Assembly (NCBI GenBank): GCA_026625185.1
Contig: CP113000.1
Location: forward strand, 1,455,622 to 1,487,621
DNA from: Thermodesulfobacteriota bacterium
GTDB taxonomy: Bacteria; Desulfobacterota; WTBG01; JAGOGO01
DNA: 32,000 nt
Direction of reading: 5' to 3'
Made by a program: the position numbers and the translations under genes. Shown here one piece after another: positions 15,841 through 24,629 of this stretch. The stretch's first letter is position 1. The number at the start of each line of letters is the position of its first letter. The notes beneath the pieces are model-generated. The model saw only the letters and a program-made list of their open reading frames with translations, searched no databases and was not told the DNA's origin.

Positions 15841-16656
15841 ATGTCATCTGCGTATAAAAAGCCTCTTATCCGAAATCTTCGGTACTATCTCCGGAAAAGT
15901 TGCGGTAAGGTCTCGATAGACTGCAACCGGCTCCGAAAACTCTGGAAACTGGAAGATAAAATTTATTATCAGTTCTCCGACTGGGAGCTTTTAAACCAGG
16001 CCCTTACCCATAAATCCTACGCTTATGAGATCCTCAAAAATAATGGTAAACACTATGAGATGTTGGAGTTCCTGGGTGATGCAGTTCTGGATATGGTGAT
16101 TAGTCATCTCCTGATGAAAAAGTATCCCGAAGCCACTGAAGGAGAACTCTCGAAAAGCCGTTCTTCTTTGGTTAATACCAAAAGGCTTTCCATCCTCGCT
16201 CGTCAGTTTGATTTAGGAAAATATATCCTCTTGGGCAAAGGGGAAGATCAAAGTCAGGGCCGTTCCAAACCAACAATCCTTACGTGTGCTTATGAAGCAA
16301 TAATTGGAGCGATTTATTTGGATGGAGGCTTTAACAAGGTCGCCAAAGTAATCCATTCCCATTTTGCACAACTTATATCCCATAAATTATCAAAAGTAAT
16401 TTATCGGGATTTTAAAAGCCGGCTTCAAGAATATGTGCAAGGCACCTTGAAAACTATTCCTGAATACCAGGTGCTTAGTGAATCAGGCCCTCCGCATGCA
16501 AAAGAATTTGAGATACATATTAAAATAAACGGAAAATCTTATGGTAGCGGCCGTGGAAAAAGCAAGAAACAAGCCCAGCAGCGTGCGGCCATGGCAACAC
16601 TCAAACAACTTGGTCTTTCCGCCAACCCCCCTTCCGCTGAAAGACCAAGCCAATGA
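15841..16656 (+). CDS. rnc: ribonuclease III
   Basis: Catalytic signature EMLEFLGDAVLD, a second acidic motif (AYEAIIGAIYLD), and a C-terminal dsRBD (GPPHAKEFEIHIKINGKSYGSGRGKSKKQAQQRAA). About 35 aa of basic N-terminal extension before the conserved LLNQALTHKSY. Confidence 0.9.
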   Translation: MSSAYKKPLIRNLRYYLRKSCGKVSIDCNRLRKLWKLEDKIYYQFSDWELLNQALTHKSYAYEILKNNGKHYEMLEFLGDAVLDMVISHLLMKKYPEATEGELSKSRSSLVNTKRLSILARQFDLGKYILLGKGEDQSQGRSKPTILTCAYEAIIGAIYLDGGFNKVAKVIHSHFAQLISHKLSKVIYRDFKSRLQEYVQGTLKTIPEYQVLSESGPPHAKEFEIHIKINGKSYGSGRGKSKKQAQQRAAMATLKQLGLSANPPSAERPSQ

Positions 16657-17978
16657 AAAGTATCATCGCCATTGTGGGTAGGCCAAATGTCGGTAAATCT
16701 ACTCTGTTTAACCGGTTAGCCCGGACGCCAAAGGCAATTATTAATGATCTCCCTGGAGTAACCCGGGACCGCAATTATGCTGAGGTTAAATGGGGTGAGT
16801 CTTCTTTTACCCTCATTGATACCGGAGGATTCGAGTTCGAACCCCATCGAGAATTATCCCGTTTGGTCCAGGAACAAGCTCGCTTAGCCATTGAAGAGGC
16901 GGATATCATCCTTTTTCTCACTGATGGCCGTGAAGGGCTTACTCCGGTTGACCGAGATTTGATCAGCCTTCTCCGATCGATCCCTAAACCTATCTTCCAC
17001 TGTATCAATAAAATCGACGGACCCCGCCTTGAAGAAAACCTTTACGACTTTTTTCAGATGGGGATTGACCGGTGGTTCACCATCGCGGCTAAGCACAACC
17101 GCGGGGTAAGCGAATTAATGGATGAGGTAATCAAGTCCCTTCCCGAGAAAAAACCCTCTCCGGAAGAGGAAGCCGCCGTTAAGATCGCGGTGTTGGGTCG
17201 TCCCAACGTGGGAAAATCATCATTAGTCAATCGAATCCTCGGCTATAACCGTGTTATTGTCAGTGAACTCCCGGGGACTACCCGCGATGCGATTGATACT
17301 CCTTTTAAGTTTAAAGGCAACCGATACATCATCATTGACACTGCCGGGATCAGGAAAAAAAGCCGGATTGGCTACCAGCTTGAAAAGTATTGCGTGGTAG
17401 AAGCATTGCGGGCAATTGAACGGTGTGATGTGAGTTTAATCCTGATTGACGCCCAGGAAGGGATCACCGAACAGGATGTAAAGATTGCCGGCCTGATCTA
17501 TCAAAAAGGCAAGGGCTGCGTGGTGGTAGTCAATAAGTGGGATGTGATCCATAAAGATAACTTTACCATCGGACAGTATGTGGAGAAAATAAAAGATAAA
17601 ATGAAATTTCTTGACTTTGTCCCGCTTATCTTTGTTTCTGCCCTCTCCGGCCAGAGGGTGTCAAAAATATTAGATAAGGCTTACGACTGTTTTACCCAAT
17701 GCCAAAAAAGGATCGAAACCGCTGAACTAAACCGTTTCCTGGCTCAGGTGATCCGTGATAATCCTCCGTCCCACCATTGCGGAAAACAAATCAAATTTAA
17801 ATATCTCGCCCAGGTGGACATAAAACCGCCCACCTTTGTTTTTTTCACCAATTTTCCCAAAGCCATTCACTTTTCTTACCAGCGGTATCTTGCCAATCAG
17901 TTGCGGGCGACCTATGGTTTTGAAGGCGCTCCGCTTCAGCTTTTTTTCCGGGGAAGGGAAAGAAAAACAGCTCCCTAA
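16653..17978 (+). CDS. der: ribosome-associated GTPase Der (EngA)
   Basis: Two tandem G domains (GRPNVGKSTLFNR..DTGG..NKID and GRPNVGKSSLVNR..DTAG..NKWD) plus a KH-like C-terminus. ATGA overlap with rnc. Confidence 0.95.
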   Translation: MKSIIAIVGRPNVGKSTLFNRLARTPKAIINDLPGVTRDRNYAEVKWGESSFTLIDTGGFEFEPHRELSRLVQEQARLAIEEADIILFLTDGREGLTPVDRDLISLLRSIPKPIFHCINKIDGPRLEENLYDFFQMGIDRWFTIAAKHNRGVSELMDEVIKSLPEKKPSPEEEAAVKIAVLGRPNVGKSSLVNRILGYNRVIVSELPGTTRDAIDTPFKFKGNRYIIIDTAGIRKKSRIGYQLEKYCVVEALRAIERCDVSLILIDAQEGITEQDVKIAGLIYQKGKGCVVVVNKWDVIHKDNFTIGQYVEKIKDKMKFLDFVPLIFVSALSGQRVSKILDKAYDCFTQCQKRIETAELNRFLAQVIRDNPPSHHCGKQIKFKYLAQVDIKPPTFVFFTNFPKAIHFSYQRYLANQLRATYGFEGAPLQLFFRGRERKTAP

Positions 17979-18102
17979 GGTTTTTTATAATAGTGTCGTA
18001 CCGTAACCTCCTCTAAAAGAGACATTGCCTTATCAATTTTCATTCTCTTTATACGTAGGTATATTATTCCTAAATTGAGCGATTTTCATTACAAAACAAT
18101 TA

Positions 18103-18123
18103 GGACAGGCGTCTCGCCTGTCC
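18103..18123. terminator. GC-rich hairpin between convergent der and ABC-F genes (candidate bidirectional terminator)
   Basis: Perfect 9-bp stem ggacaggcg / cgcctgtcc with a 3-nt loop. It lacks a clean flanking U-tract. It is nested inside a 16-bp perfect inverted repeat (18069-18084 / 18154-18169). Confidence 0.5.
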
Positions 18124-18172
18124 TACCGTGGTTTGGGCACCTTAGCAAACAAGAATCGCTCAATTTAGGTTA

Positions 18173-20035
18173 TTATTGTTCGGTGAATTGCCGCAATTTC
18201 TCCTCAAATATCGCTTCTTGTCTCTTAAGTAGGTCGGTAAGTTTTTCGAGCTCGCCAAAAAGGGTGTCAACGGTTTTCTCGCTTTGGTGCGTTGCCTGGG
18301 CGAGTTCGGTGATTGCTGAACCGTGGTGTTTACTTAACGCCTCCTGAGTTGCGTTGGCAAGGCGGTTAAGCTCCTGCTCCTGAATTTCTATTTCCTGCTC
18401 AATCTGTTCTACGCGCCGTTTAACGGGATTCAAAACTTTAGCTCGTTCGGCAATAATAACCGAGCGTTTTCGCCGCATCTCTTTTTTATTCCGCTTTTCG
18501 CCCGATTCTTCATTGTGATTATCTTTGAGCGCGATTTTTCTCCTTTCTTCATCTTCGTGCCACCCCCCCTGCTCTAAAAACCGCTGATAGCTTCCTTCAA
18601 AAAAATACTGCCCTTCCTGATCAAAGACAATTAATCGTTCCGCCAGGGCGTGAAGAAACATCTCATTGTGGGTAACCAACAACACGGCGCCTTCGAAACT
18701 ATCTATGGCCTCGAGCAAAGCATCAGATGATTCCATATCAAGGTGGTTGGTAGGCTCATCAAGAAGCAGAAGATTAACAGGAGTAACAAGGAGTTTACCC
18801 AGCATCACCCTGCTTTTCTCACCTCCGGAGAGCACCTCTATTTTTTTTAGAGCAGCATCTCCCCCGAACATCATCGCGCCGCAGATGTTGCGGGCCATCT
18901 GCCGATCAACGCTCGCGTGCGAAGCAAGTAATTCCTCCTCGATGGTTCGGGATTCCATCAGGTTCTTGACGTTGGTTTGTTCAAAGGAGCCGACGGTGAC
19001 TCCCGGATGTTGAGCAATCTCACCGCCTTGCGGGACGAGCGTTCCCGCCAGAAGCTTTAAAAGGGTAGTTTTTCCCTTTCCATTGCTCCCCATAACGCAG
19101 ACCCGGTCTCCGGCTTTAATTGTAAAACTCAAATTTCTGATAAGGGGTTTCACAGCGTCATAGGCAAAAGAAATATTTTGAGCGCCCAACACATACTTTC
19201 CCTGAAATGGTTTGTTCCGAAAAGCAAACTCAAGATTTTTAAGCTGCTCAAGTTTTTCTTTTTTCCCCATTTTTTCGATAGTCTTAATGCGGGATTGGAC
19301 CATATTGGCGAGTCGCGCTTTTGCCCGGAAGCGGGTGATAAAAAGCTCCACCTCCTTCCGGCGCTGTTCATCTTTAATCCGCGTTTTTTCGTATATTTCC
19401 TCTTCTTGAGCGATCTGACGGTAGTATTTTTCCGTATCTCCTTCGGTTTTCTTGATTTTTTGCCGATGAATCCCCATGGTGTGGGTCACCAGCTTATCCA
19501 TCAGGCTCCGGTCATGGGTAATAAGCAAAAGCTCATGAGGCCAGTCAAGTAAAAAATGTTCCACCCAGCGGATGGAGGTTATGTCAAGATAATTGGTAGG
19601 CTCATCAAGCAGGAGCATGTCCGAATCTGAGACGAGCACTTTAGCCAGATTCAGCCGGACCTGAAACCCCCCGGAAAATTCCCGGGGCGGTCTTTTCATA
19701 TCCGCCGGTGAAAAACCCAGGCCCATAAGAACTTTTTCTACTTTCCAGTAGTGGTCCCGCTCCCCTTCGGGAAGCCCCTTCATGCCCTCCTGGAGTATGG
19801 TATCTTCCGTAAACTCTAAGGCTTGCCGGACATAACCAATTCGGTATCCTCGGGGAATGATGACACTGCCCTCATCAGACGGCTCTTCGCCCACAATGAT
19901 CCGGAAAAGGGTGGTCTTCCCATGGCCGTTACGGCCCACTAATCCAACTCGTTCGCGGGAGTTAATCTTAAAGTTCACCTGGTCAAAAAGAAGTTGATTA
20001 CCAAATCGCTTGGTAATATTTTGTATGCTGATCAT
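18173..20035 (-). CDS. ABC-F family ATPase (Uup/YheS-like, no TM domain) with a C-terminal coiled coil
   Basis: Two ABC cassettes: Walker A GRNGHGKTT and GSNGKGKTT, signatures FSGGFQ and LSGGEK, Walker B LLLDEPTNYLD and LLLDEPTNHLD. A charged inter-domain linker and a C-terminal helical tail. Confidence 0.9.
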   Translation of the reverse strand: MISIQNITKRFGNQLLFDQVNFKINSRERVGLVGRNGHGKTTLFRIIVGEEPSDEGSVIIPRGYRIGYVRQALEFTEDTILQEGMKGLPEGERDHYWKVEKVLMGLGFSPADMKRPPREFSGGFQVRLNLAKVLVSDSDMLLLDEPTNYLDITSIRWVEHFLLDWPHELLLITHDRSLMDKLVTHTMGIHRQKIKKTEGDTEKYYRQIAQEEEIYEKTRIKDEQRRKEVELFITRFRAKARLANMVQSRIKTIEKMGKKEKLEQLKNLEFAFRNKPFQGKYVLGAQNISFAYDAVKPLIRNLSFTIKAGDRVCVMGSNGKGKTTLLKLLAGTLVPQGGEIAQHPGVTVGSFEQTNVKNLMESRTIEEELLASHASVDRQMARNICGAMMFGGDAALKKIEVLSGGEKSRVMLGKLLVTPVNLLLLDEPTNHLDMESSDALLEAIDSFEGAVLLVTHNEMFLHALAERLIVFDQEGQYFFEGSYQRFLEQGGWHEDEERRKIALKDNHNEESGEKRNKKEMRRKRSVIIAERAKVLNPVKRRVEQIEQEIEIQEQELNRLANATQEALSKHHGSAITELAQATHQSEKTVDTLFGELEKLTDLLKRQEAIFEEKLRQFTEQ

Positions 20036-20175
20036 AGTTCATCGTGCCGCGTAATCGTTAGGTGTTTTCGCGCTCATTGGTTAAAAAGCATATCCTTTTT
20101 CTCACAATTAAGGGAGCGATTTCAAGAAAATATATTGGGGAAACCCTGTTTCCGGGAAAAAACTGATCGGGCGCT

Positions 20176-20411
20176 CTTAGCTCATGGCTCGGGGCAGGGG
20201 GCGAAGCTCATAGCTCGTAGCTCATGGGGAGTGACTGATAGTTCATTGTTATCATCTTGGCGCGAGGAAAGAAAGGTTGGGAAGATTGGAAGTTGAGAAA
20301 TTGGGAAATAGTTTTGCTTTTAAAAAATAATATCTGTTCTGCTTAACTTCCTACCCTCCTATCTTCTGTGACTCATGGAGCTATGAGCCATGAGCAATCA
20401 GCAATGAGCTA
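20176..20411. repeat. ~236-bp imperfect palindrome built from gctcat(a/g)gctc and ggaagtt words
   Basis: Outermost perfect 9-bp pair ttagctcat (20176-20184) / atgagctaa (20403-20411). The inner words gctcatggctc, gctcatagctc and ggaagttgag pair with reverse-complement counterparts on the right arm, with bulges. Confidence 0.5.
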
Positions 20412-20441
20412 ACAACTTAAATTTTAACTCTTAGTATTTCC

Positions 20442-21275
20442 TTACAGGAGTTTTTTCTCCAGGTAGCGAACCCCGTTCCGAAAGATTTTAATCCCTAACC
20501 CTTCTTCCGGCAAGGGGAGGCCCTGGCGCTTAAGGTCTTCTTTTTTCCGGGTCCAGTCAGGATGATTGGTGAAATGGTTATAACCTTCAGGGTGAGGCAT
20601 TAAGCCAAGGACGTGTCCGGTGGTGTCACAGATGCCGGCGATGTCCCGGAGAGAACCATTCGGGTTATAGGGGAATTTTCCCCGCGCCTTTTTGCCTTCA
20701 GGGGTGGCATATTGGAAGACAACGTGGTGATCAGCAAAAAGTTTTTCGATAACCTCTTGCGGTGCAAAAAACTTTCCTTCTCCGTGACGAATCGGCAGCT
20801 CAATGGTTTTAATCCCTTTGGCAAACACACACGGGGAGTGTAAGGTTTTGAGATAAACCCAGTCATCGCGAAAATTTCCGCTGTCATTAAAGGTAAGCGC
20901 GACCTCGCGGGACTTATAGCTGCCGTCAAAGCCAGGAAGGAGGCCCAGATTTACCAATGCCTGGAACCCATTGCAGATCCCGACAATCAGCTTTCCCTCA
21001 GCAATGAACTCCTCGATCTGAGCGCCGAGGTTAAATTTAAAACGGCTGGCTAAAAGCACACCCGCACCATGGTCATCACCCCAGCTAAACCCCCCGTCAA
21101 AAACCAAAAGGTGGTAACCTTTTAAAAACTCCTGATGCCCGATCGTCTCGCCCTTGATCAGCTCATTAATATGAATGCGGTGTGATTCAGCGCCGGCTAT
21201 TTTTAAGGCATAGTCAGTCTCATAGTCGCAGTTCAGCCCATAGCCGGTCAAAACCAGCGCTTTAACTTTTTTCAT
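20442..21275 (-). CDS. purQ: phosphoribosylformylglycinamidine synthase, glutaminase subunit (PurQ, long form)
   Basis: Class I amidotransferase nucleophile elbow GICNGFQ and a downstream MPHPE His motif. ATGA overlap with purL. Confidence 0.9.
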   Translation of the reverse strand: MKKVKALVLTGYGLNCDYETDYALKIAGAESHRIHINELIKGETIGHQEFLKGYHLLVFDGGFSWGDDHGAGVLLASRFKFNLGAQIEEFIAEGKLIVGICNGFQALVNLGLLPGFDGSYKSREVALTFNDSGNFRDDWVYLKTLHSPCVFAKGIKTIELPIRHGEGKFFAPQEVIEKLFADHHVVFQYATPEGKKARGKFPYNPNGSLRDIAGICDTTGHVLGLMPHPEGYNHFTNHPDWTRKKEDLKRQGLPLPEEGLGIKIFRNGVRYLEKKLL

Positions 21276-24200
21276 CTCAAGGCCCCAAAAGTCTTTTTCC
21301 AGGCGTGTTTTAATTCCGCGATATCAACGTCAATAGGTGTTCTTTTACCCTTCACTCCGTTAATTTTCAACCGCGGTTCTTCCGTCACCTCGCCAATGGC
21401 GGCAAAGCGACCTCCTTTTAACACCGCTTCAAACTTTTCTTTGTTCTCCGGAGCAATGGTGACCAGAAACCGCCCCTGGGTTTCCGAGTAAAGGAGACGG
21501 TCATTGGACAGATATTCTTCCACGGGAACCGCGCTGAGGTCAATCGTTAAACCCAGGCAACCGGCCATTGCCACTAAGGCGAGGTGAACGCCTAAGCCTC
21601 CCCGGTAAATCCCGTGCGCCGAAGCGACCAACTGTTCCTGAATAGCCGCGCTTAACGCTCGGTAGAGCGGAATGACGTCCTCAGTATTTACGTGCGGAGC
21701 ATTGAGCCCGATACAGCCAAAGCGGTCATAGTACTCTGATCCGCCCAGCTCATCGCGCGTTACCCCTAAAATATACACCACATCCCCCGGAATTTTAACA
21801 TCCATGGTTACGCACTTTCGGATATCATCAATCACCGCGGTGGCAGTAAACTGAATCGTCGGCAGGCCGGAAATCTTCCGGTTTTCGCCATATCGGCCTT
21901 TAAGATTGCCGTCGATATACATGCTGTCTTTTCCGGAAAGCAACGGGATATTAAAGGAACGGCAATAATCTTTTAACGCCCAGTTTGCTCTGACCAGCTG
22001 GGCAGCTTTCAGCTTGCCATCCGGATTGGAAACCGGATGATACTGGATGGTTGGCCAGCAAAAGTTATCCACCCCTCCAATATCGTCAAGTTTCGCGCCC
22101 ACGGCGATGAGCCGGCGCACGGCCTCGTCAATCGTGCACCCGATCATGTGGTAGGTATCGATCTGACTATACGTGGGATTGAGGGCCTGCGTGGCAGCCA
22201 GACCCCGATACGATCCCAAAAGAGGCCGAACCACAACTGCGTCGCTGGTAACATCCCGCTCCTTTCCCACCAAAGGCTTGATCACGCTTCCCCCTTGCAC
22301 CTCATGGTCATACTGGCGGATAACCCATTCCTTGCTGGCAAGGTTTGGCCGCGAAAGAATGTCTTTGAGAAGGCTCGCATGGTCCTCGGGTTCCGTGATG
22401 ACCGGTTCGCACAAACCACGGGATTCGGGAGGCATCCACTCGGCATCAAACTCCCACTGGGGAAAATCGGATTTTAAAAGCTCAGTATTGATATAAGCGC
22501 AGGTTTTACCATTATAAAGAATATGAATCTTGCCGGTATTGGTGTACTTCCCGATAACCGTGCTTTCAACATCATGTTTCCGGGAAAGTTCCATAAAGCG
22601 CTTTTCATGTTCGGGTGTTACGGCCACCGTCATCCGCTCCTGAGATTCCGAAATCCAGATCTCCCATTGGTCAAGCCCTGCGTATTTAAGCGGGACTTTA
22701 TCCAGATAAACCTCACACCCATTGCTGAACCGGGCGCTTTCCCCGATGGATGACGAAAGCCCCCCGCCGCCATTATCAGTGATAAAAGCGATCAGCCCTT
22801 CATCCCGCGCCTCAAGCAAAAAGTCATGCATCTTCTTCTGAGTATACGGATCCCCGATTTGGACGTGCCCTGCGGGAGTGTGTTCGCTAAAACCTTCGGA
22901 GGCGGCAGTTACCCCATGGATGCCGTCTTTCCCTACCCTGCCACCCGTCATAATAATAAGCTCACCGGGGGTCGTGGTTTTCACCTCACTCGGTTTTCCT
23001 TGAATAGAAGAGGGCATGATCCCCAGAGCGGTTACAAAAACCAGACACTTACCCAGGTAACTTTCATGAAAAAAGAGATGGCCGAAAGGCGTGGGCACGC
23101 CGCTTTTATTTCCTCCGTCCTTAACCCCGGTGATAACGCCGTCCAACAGCCTCCGGGGATGGAGCCGGGGCTTAAGCTCTCCCTGATAATCCCGAGGGGC
23201 AACGCAGTACCCGTACATCCCCAAAATAAGCTTTGACCCTAAGCCGGTCCCGAGCGGATCCCGGTAAACGCCTACAATGCCGGTGATGGAACCGCCATAG
23301 GCCTCCATGTTGGAAGGGCTGTTGTGAGTCTCTCCGGTGATAGTATAGTAATGAAGATCATCGAATCTCCCCACGCCCGCATTATCCCAGAGCACGGAAA
23401 CCACCCAAGGTTTTTTCTTCTGAATGTCCAGGGTGGGCTCCTCAATGCAGGTCTTAAACAAATTATCAACTACCGTCTCTTTTCCGGTCGAAAGATCCTT
23501 ATAGCGGAAAAGCCCTTTAAATGTATTGTGGTTGCAATGATCGGACCGGGCCTGGGCAATATATTCAAGCTCAATATCCGTGGGAAGGTCCAGGCCCACT
23601 TCTCTCCGCTCGTTCCTTACCTCTTCCCTGAGAAAATACTCCCGGATCGTCGGAACATCACGGGGATTAAGTGCGAGGTTTCTCGCGTCGCTTATCCGCA
23701 TCAGCTCCTCATCGCTATCAATCGAAAAAGCTTTTACCGTTGGGGTATGACTTAAATTAACCTTGGGAACCGTTAACCCGATATTTTTTCTTGCGTCGTG
23801 CTCCCCTTTTTCAAAAATTTTCCACTGCTGGATAAGATCATTAGCAAGTGATTCCCGGACAATAAGGTTAACTTTTCCCTCGTCCAGGCCCTTACCCCGA
23901 ATACAGAAAAGTTTTGAGGTATAGCATGCCTCTCCTTCTTTAAATGTAATTTTCAGTAGATCTTCAATCGCTTCTCTGGCGGTGCTCGCGGCCGTGTCCC
24001 GCACCCCGGGCCGGAACCCAACCCACACCGCCCAATCAAACTCAATCGGCAGGGCGTCAAGGCCGGAGATGTGAATGACCGGGTTAGTGAAAATCCTGGT
24101 TCTGATCTCTTCGAGTTGTGTTGCGGTAAACTCAGCATCAAGAGAGATAATGTTTATCAACCGCACTGAGTCCACGGCGATTCCAAAGTAATCCTGGGCT

Positions 24201-24283
24201 TGCGCTTTTAAGGACGCCCCTTCGGCGTCAAAAAGTTCGGGTTTAAGAGCTATTTCTATTTTTGCGACCATTCTTTGACTCAT
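21272..24283 (-). CDS. purL: phosphoribosylformylglycinamidine synthase subunit PurL with a fused N-terminal PurS-like domain
   Basis: The N-terminal ~80 aa (VAKIEIALKPELFDAEG...) resemble PurS. RSDHCNHNTFKG and duplicated AIRS-type domains are typical of PurL. 1003 aa. An alternative start at Met5 (24271) would match PurS N-termini better. Confidence 0.9.
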   Translation of the reverse strand: MSQRMVAKIEIALKPELFDAEGASLKAQAQDYFGIAVDSVRLINIISLDAEFTATQLEEIRTRIFTNPVIHISGLDALPIEFDWAVWVGFRPGVRDTAASTAREAIEDLLKITFKEGEACYTSKLFCIRGKGLDEGKVNLIVRESLANDLIQQWKIFEKGEHDARKNIGLTVPKVNLSHTPTVKAFSIDSDEELMRISDARNLALNPRDVPTIREYFLREEVRNERREVGLDLPTDIELEYIAQARSDHCNHNTFKGLFRYKDLSTGKETVVDNLFKTCIEEPTLDIQKKKPWVVSVLWDNAGVGRFDDLHYYTITGETHNSPSNMEAYGGSITGIVGVYRDPLGTGLGSKLILGMYGYCVAPRDYQGELKPRLHPRRLLDGVITGVKDGGNKSGVPTPFGHLFFHESYLGKCLVFVTALGIMPSSIQGKPSEVKTTTPGELIIMTGGRVGKDGIHGVTAASEGFSEHTPAGHVQIGDPYTQKKMHDFLLEARDEGLIAFITDNGGGGLSSSIGESARFSNGCEVYLDKVPLKYAGLDQWEIWISESQERMTVAVTPEHEKRFMELSRKHDVESTVIGKYTNTGKIHILYNGKTCAYINTELLKSDFPQWEFDAEWMPPESRGLCEPVITEPEDHASLLKDILSRPNLASKEWVIRQYDHEVQGGSVIKPLVGKERDVTSDAVVVRPLLGSYRGLAATQALNPTYSQIDTYHMIGCTIDEAVRRLIAVGAKLDDIGGVDNFCWPTIQYHPVSNPDGKLKAAQLVRANWALKDYCRSFNIPLLSGKDSMYIDGNLKGRYGENRKISGLPTIQFTATAVIDDIRKCVTMDVKIPGDVVYILGVTRDELGGSEYYDRFGCIGLNAPHVNTEDVIPLYRALSAAIQEQLVASAHGIYRGGLGVHLALVAMAGCLGLTIDLSAVPVEEYLSNDRLLYSETQGRFLVTIAPENKEKFEAVLKGGRFAAIGEVTEEPRLKINGVKGKRTPIDVDIAELKHAWKKTFGALR

Positions 24284-24347
24284 TCACAGATGAATAATCT
24301 AATACAAACGCCTTTAGTTTTTTGACCTGAGGCCCCCTCACCTTTTT

Positions 24348-24368
24348 CCTCTCCCCAGCGGGGAGAGG
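24348..24368. other. perfect 9-bp GC-rich hairpin in the divergent purL/purN intergenic region
   Basis: cctctcccc (24348-24356), agc loop, ggggagagg (24360-24368). No flanking U-tract. Function unknown. Confidence 0.6.
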
Positions 24369-24629
24369 GGATGTTTAGGGGAGAATACATCGAATGTAAT
24401 AAGGGTTAATACCGACACATTAAATACGGAAGGAATTTTCTTAAAATTCTAAAAAAGTTTAAGTGAAGATAAGAAAAATGTCAAGGCTAGTTCGAATTCA
24501 TTGAACTTCCGGAAAGGTTTTGTTAGGATAATTAGGAGTTAAGTTGTAAGATTTAAGGAAATAGGAACGAGGCACGAGAATTAAGCTTTAATCTTAGGCC
24601 TGGTTCCTTGGTCTTCGTATCTCGATCTT

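Noticed and set aside
18075-18347. 90-aa plus-strand ORF, and the 100-aa ORF at 19994-20296
   Set aside because: Both span intergenic palindromes or terminators and the antisense strand of the ABC-F gene. Neither has an RBS or a motif.
20176-20411. Possible CRISPR array because of recurring gctcat-type words
   Set aside because: There is no regular repeat-spacer periodicity. The words are 7-11 nt and arranged as two complementary arms of one palindrome, and no cas genes are in the window.
22037-23755. Several 76-146-aa plus-strand ORFs (and 23272-23469 and 23953-24141 on the minus strand, out of frame)
   Set aside because: All lie inside purL, whose frame is continuous for 1003 codons with PurL motifs. 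The translations are Arg/Pro/Gly-rich, as expected from GC-rich antisense DNA.
24301-24317. PurR-box-like sequence (atacaaacgcctttagt) about 20 bp upstream of purL
   Set aside because: Only the CAAACG core matches the enterobacterial PUR box, and the dyad symmetry is missing. The LacI-type PurR regulon is lineage-restricted, so this is probably coincidence.
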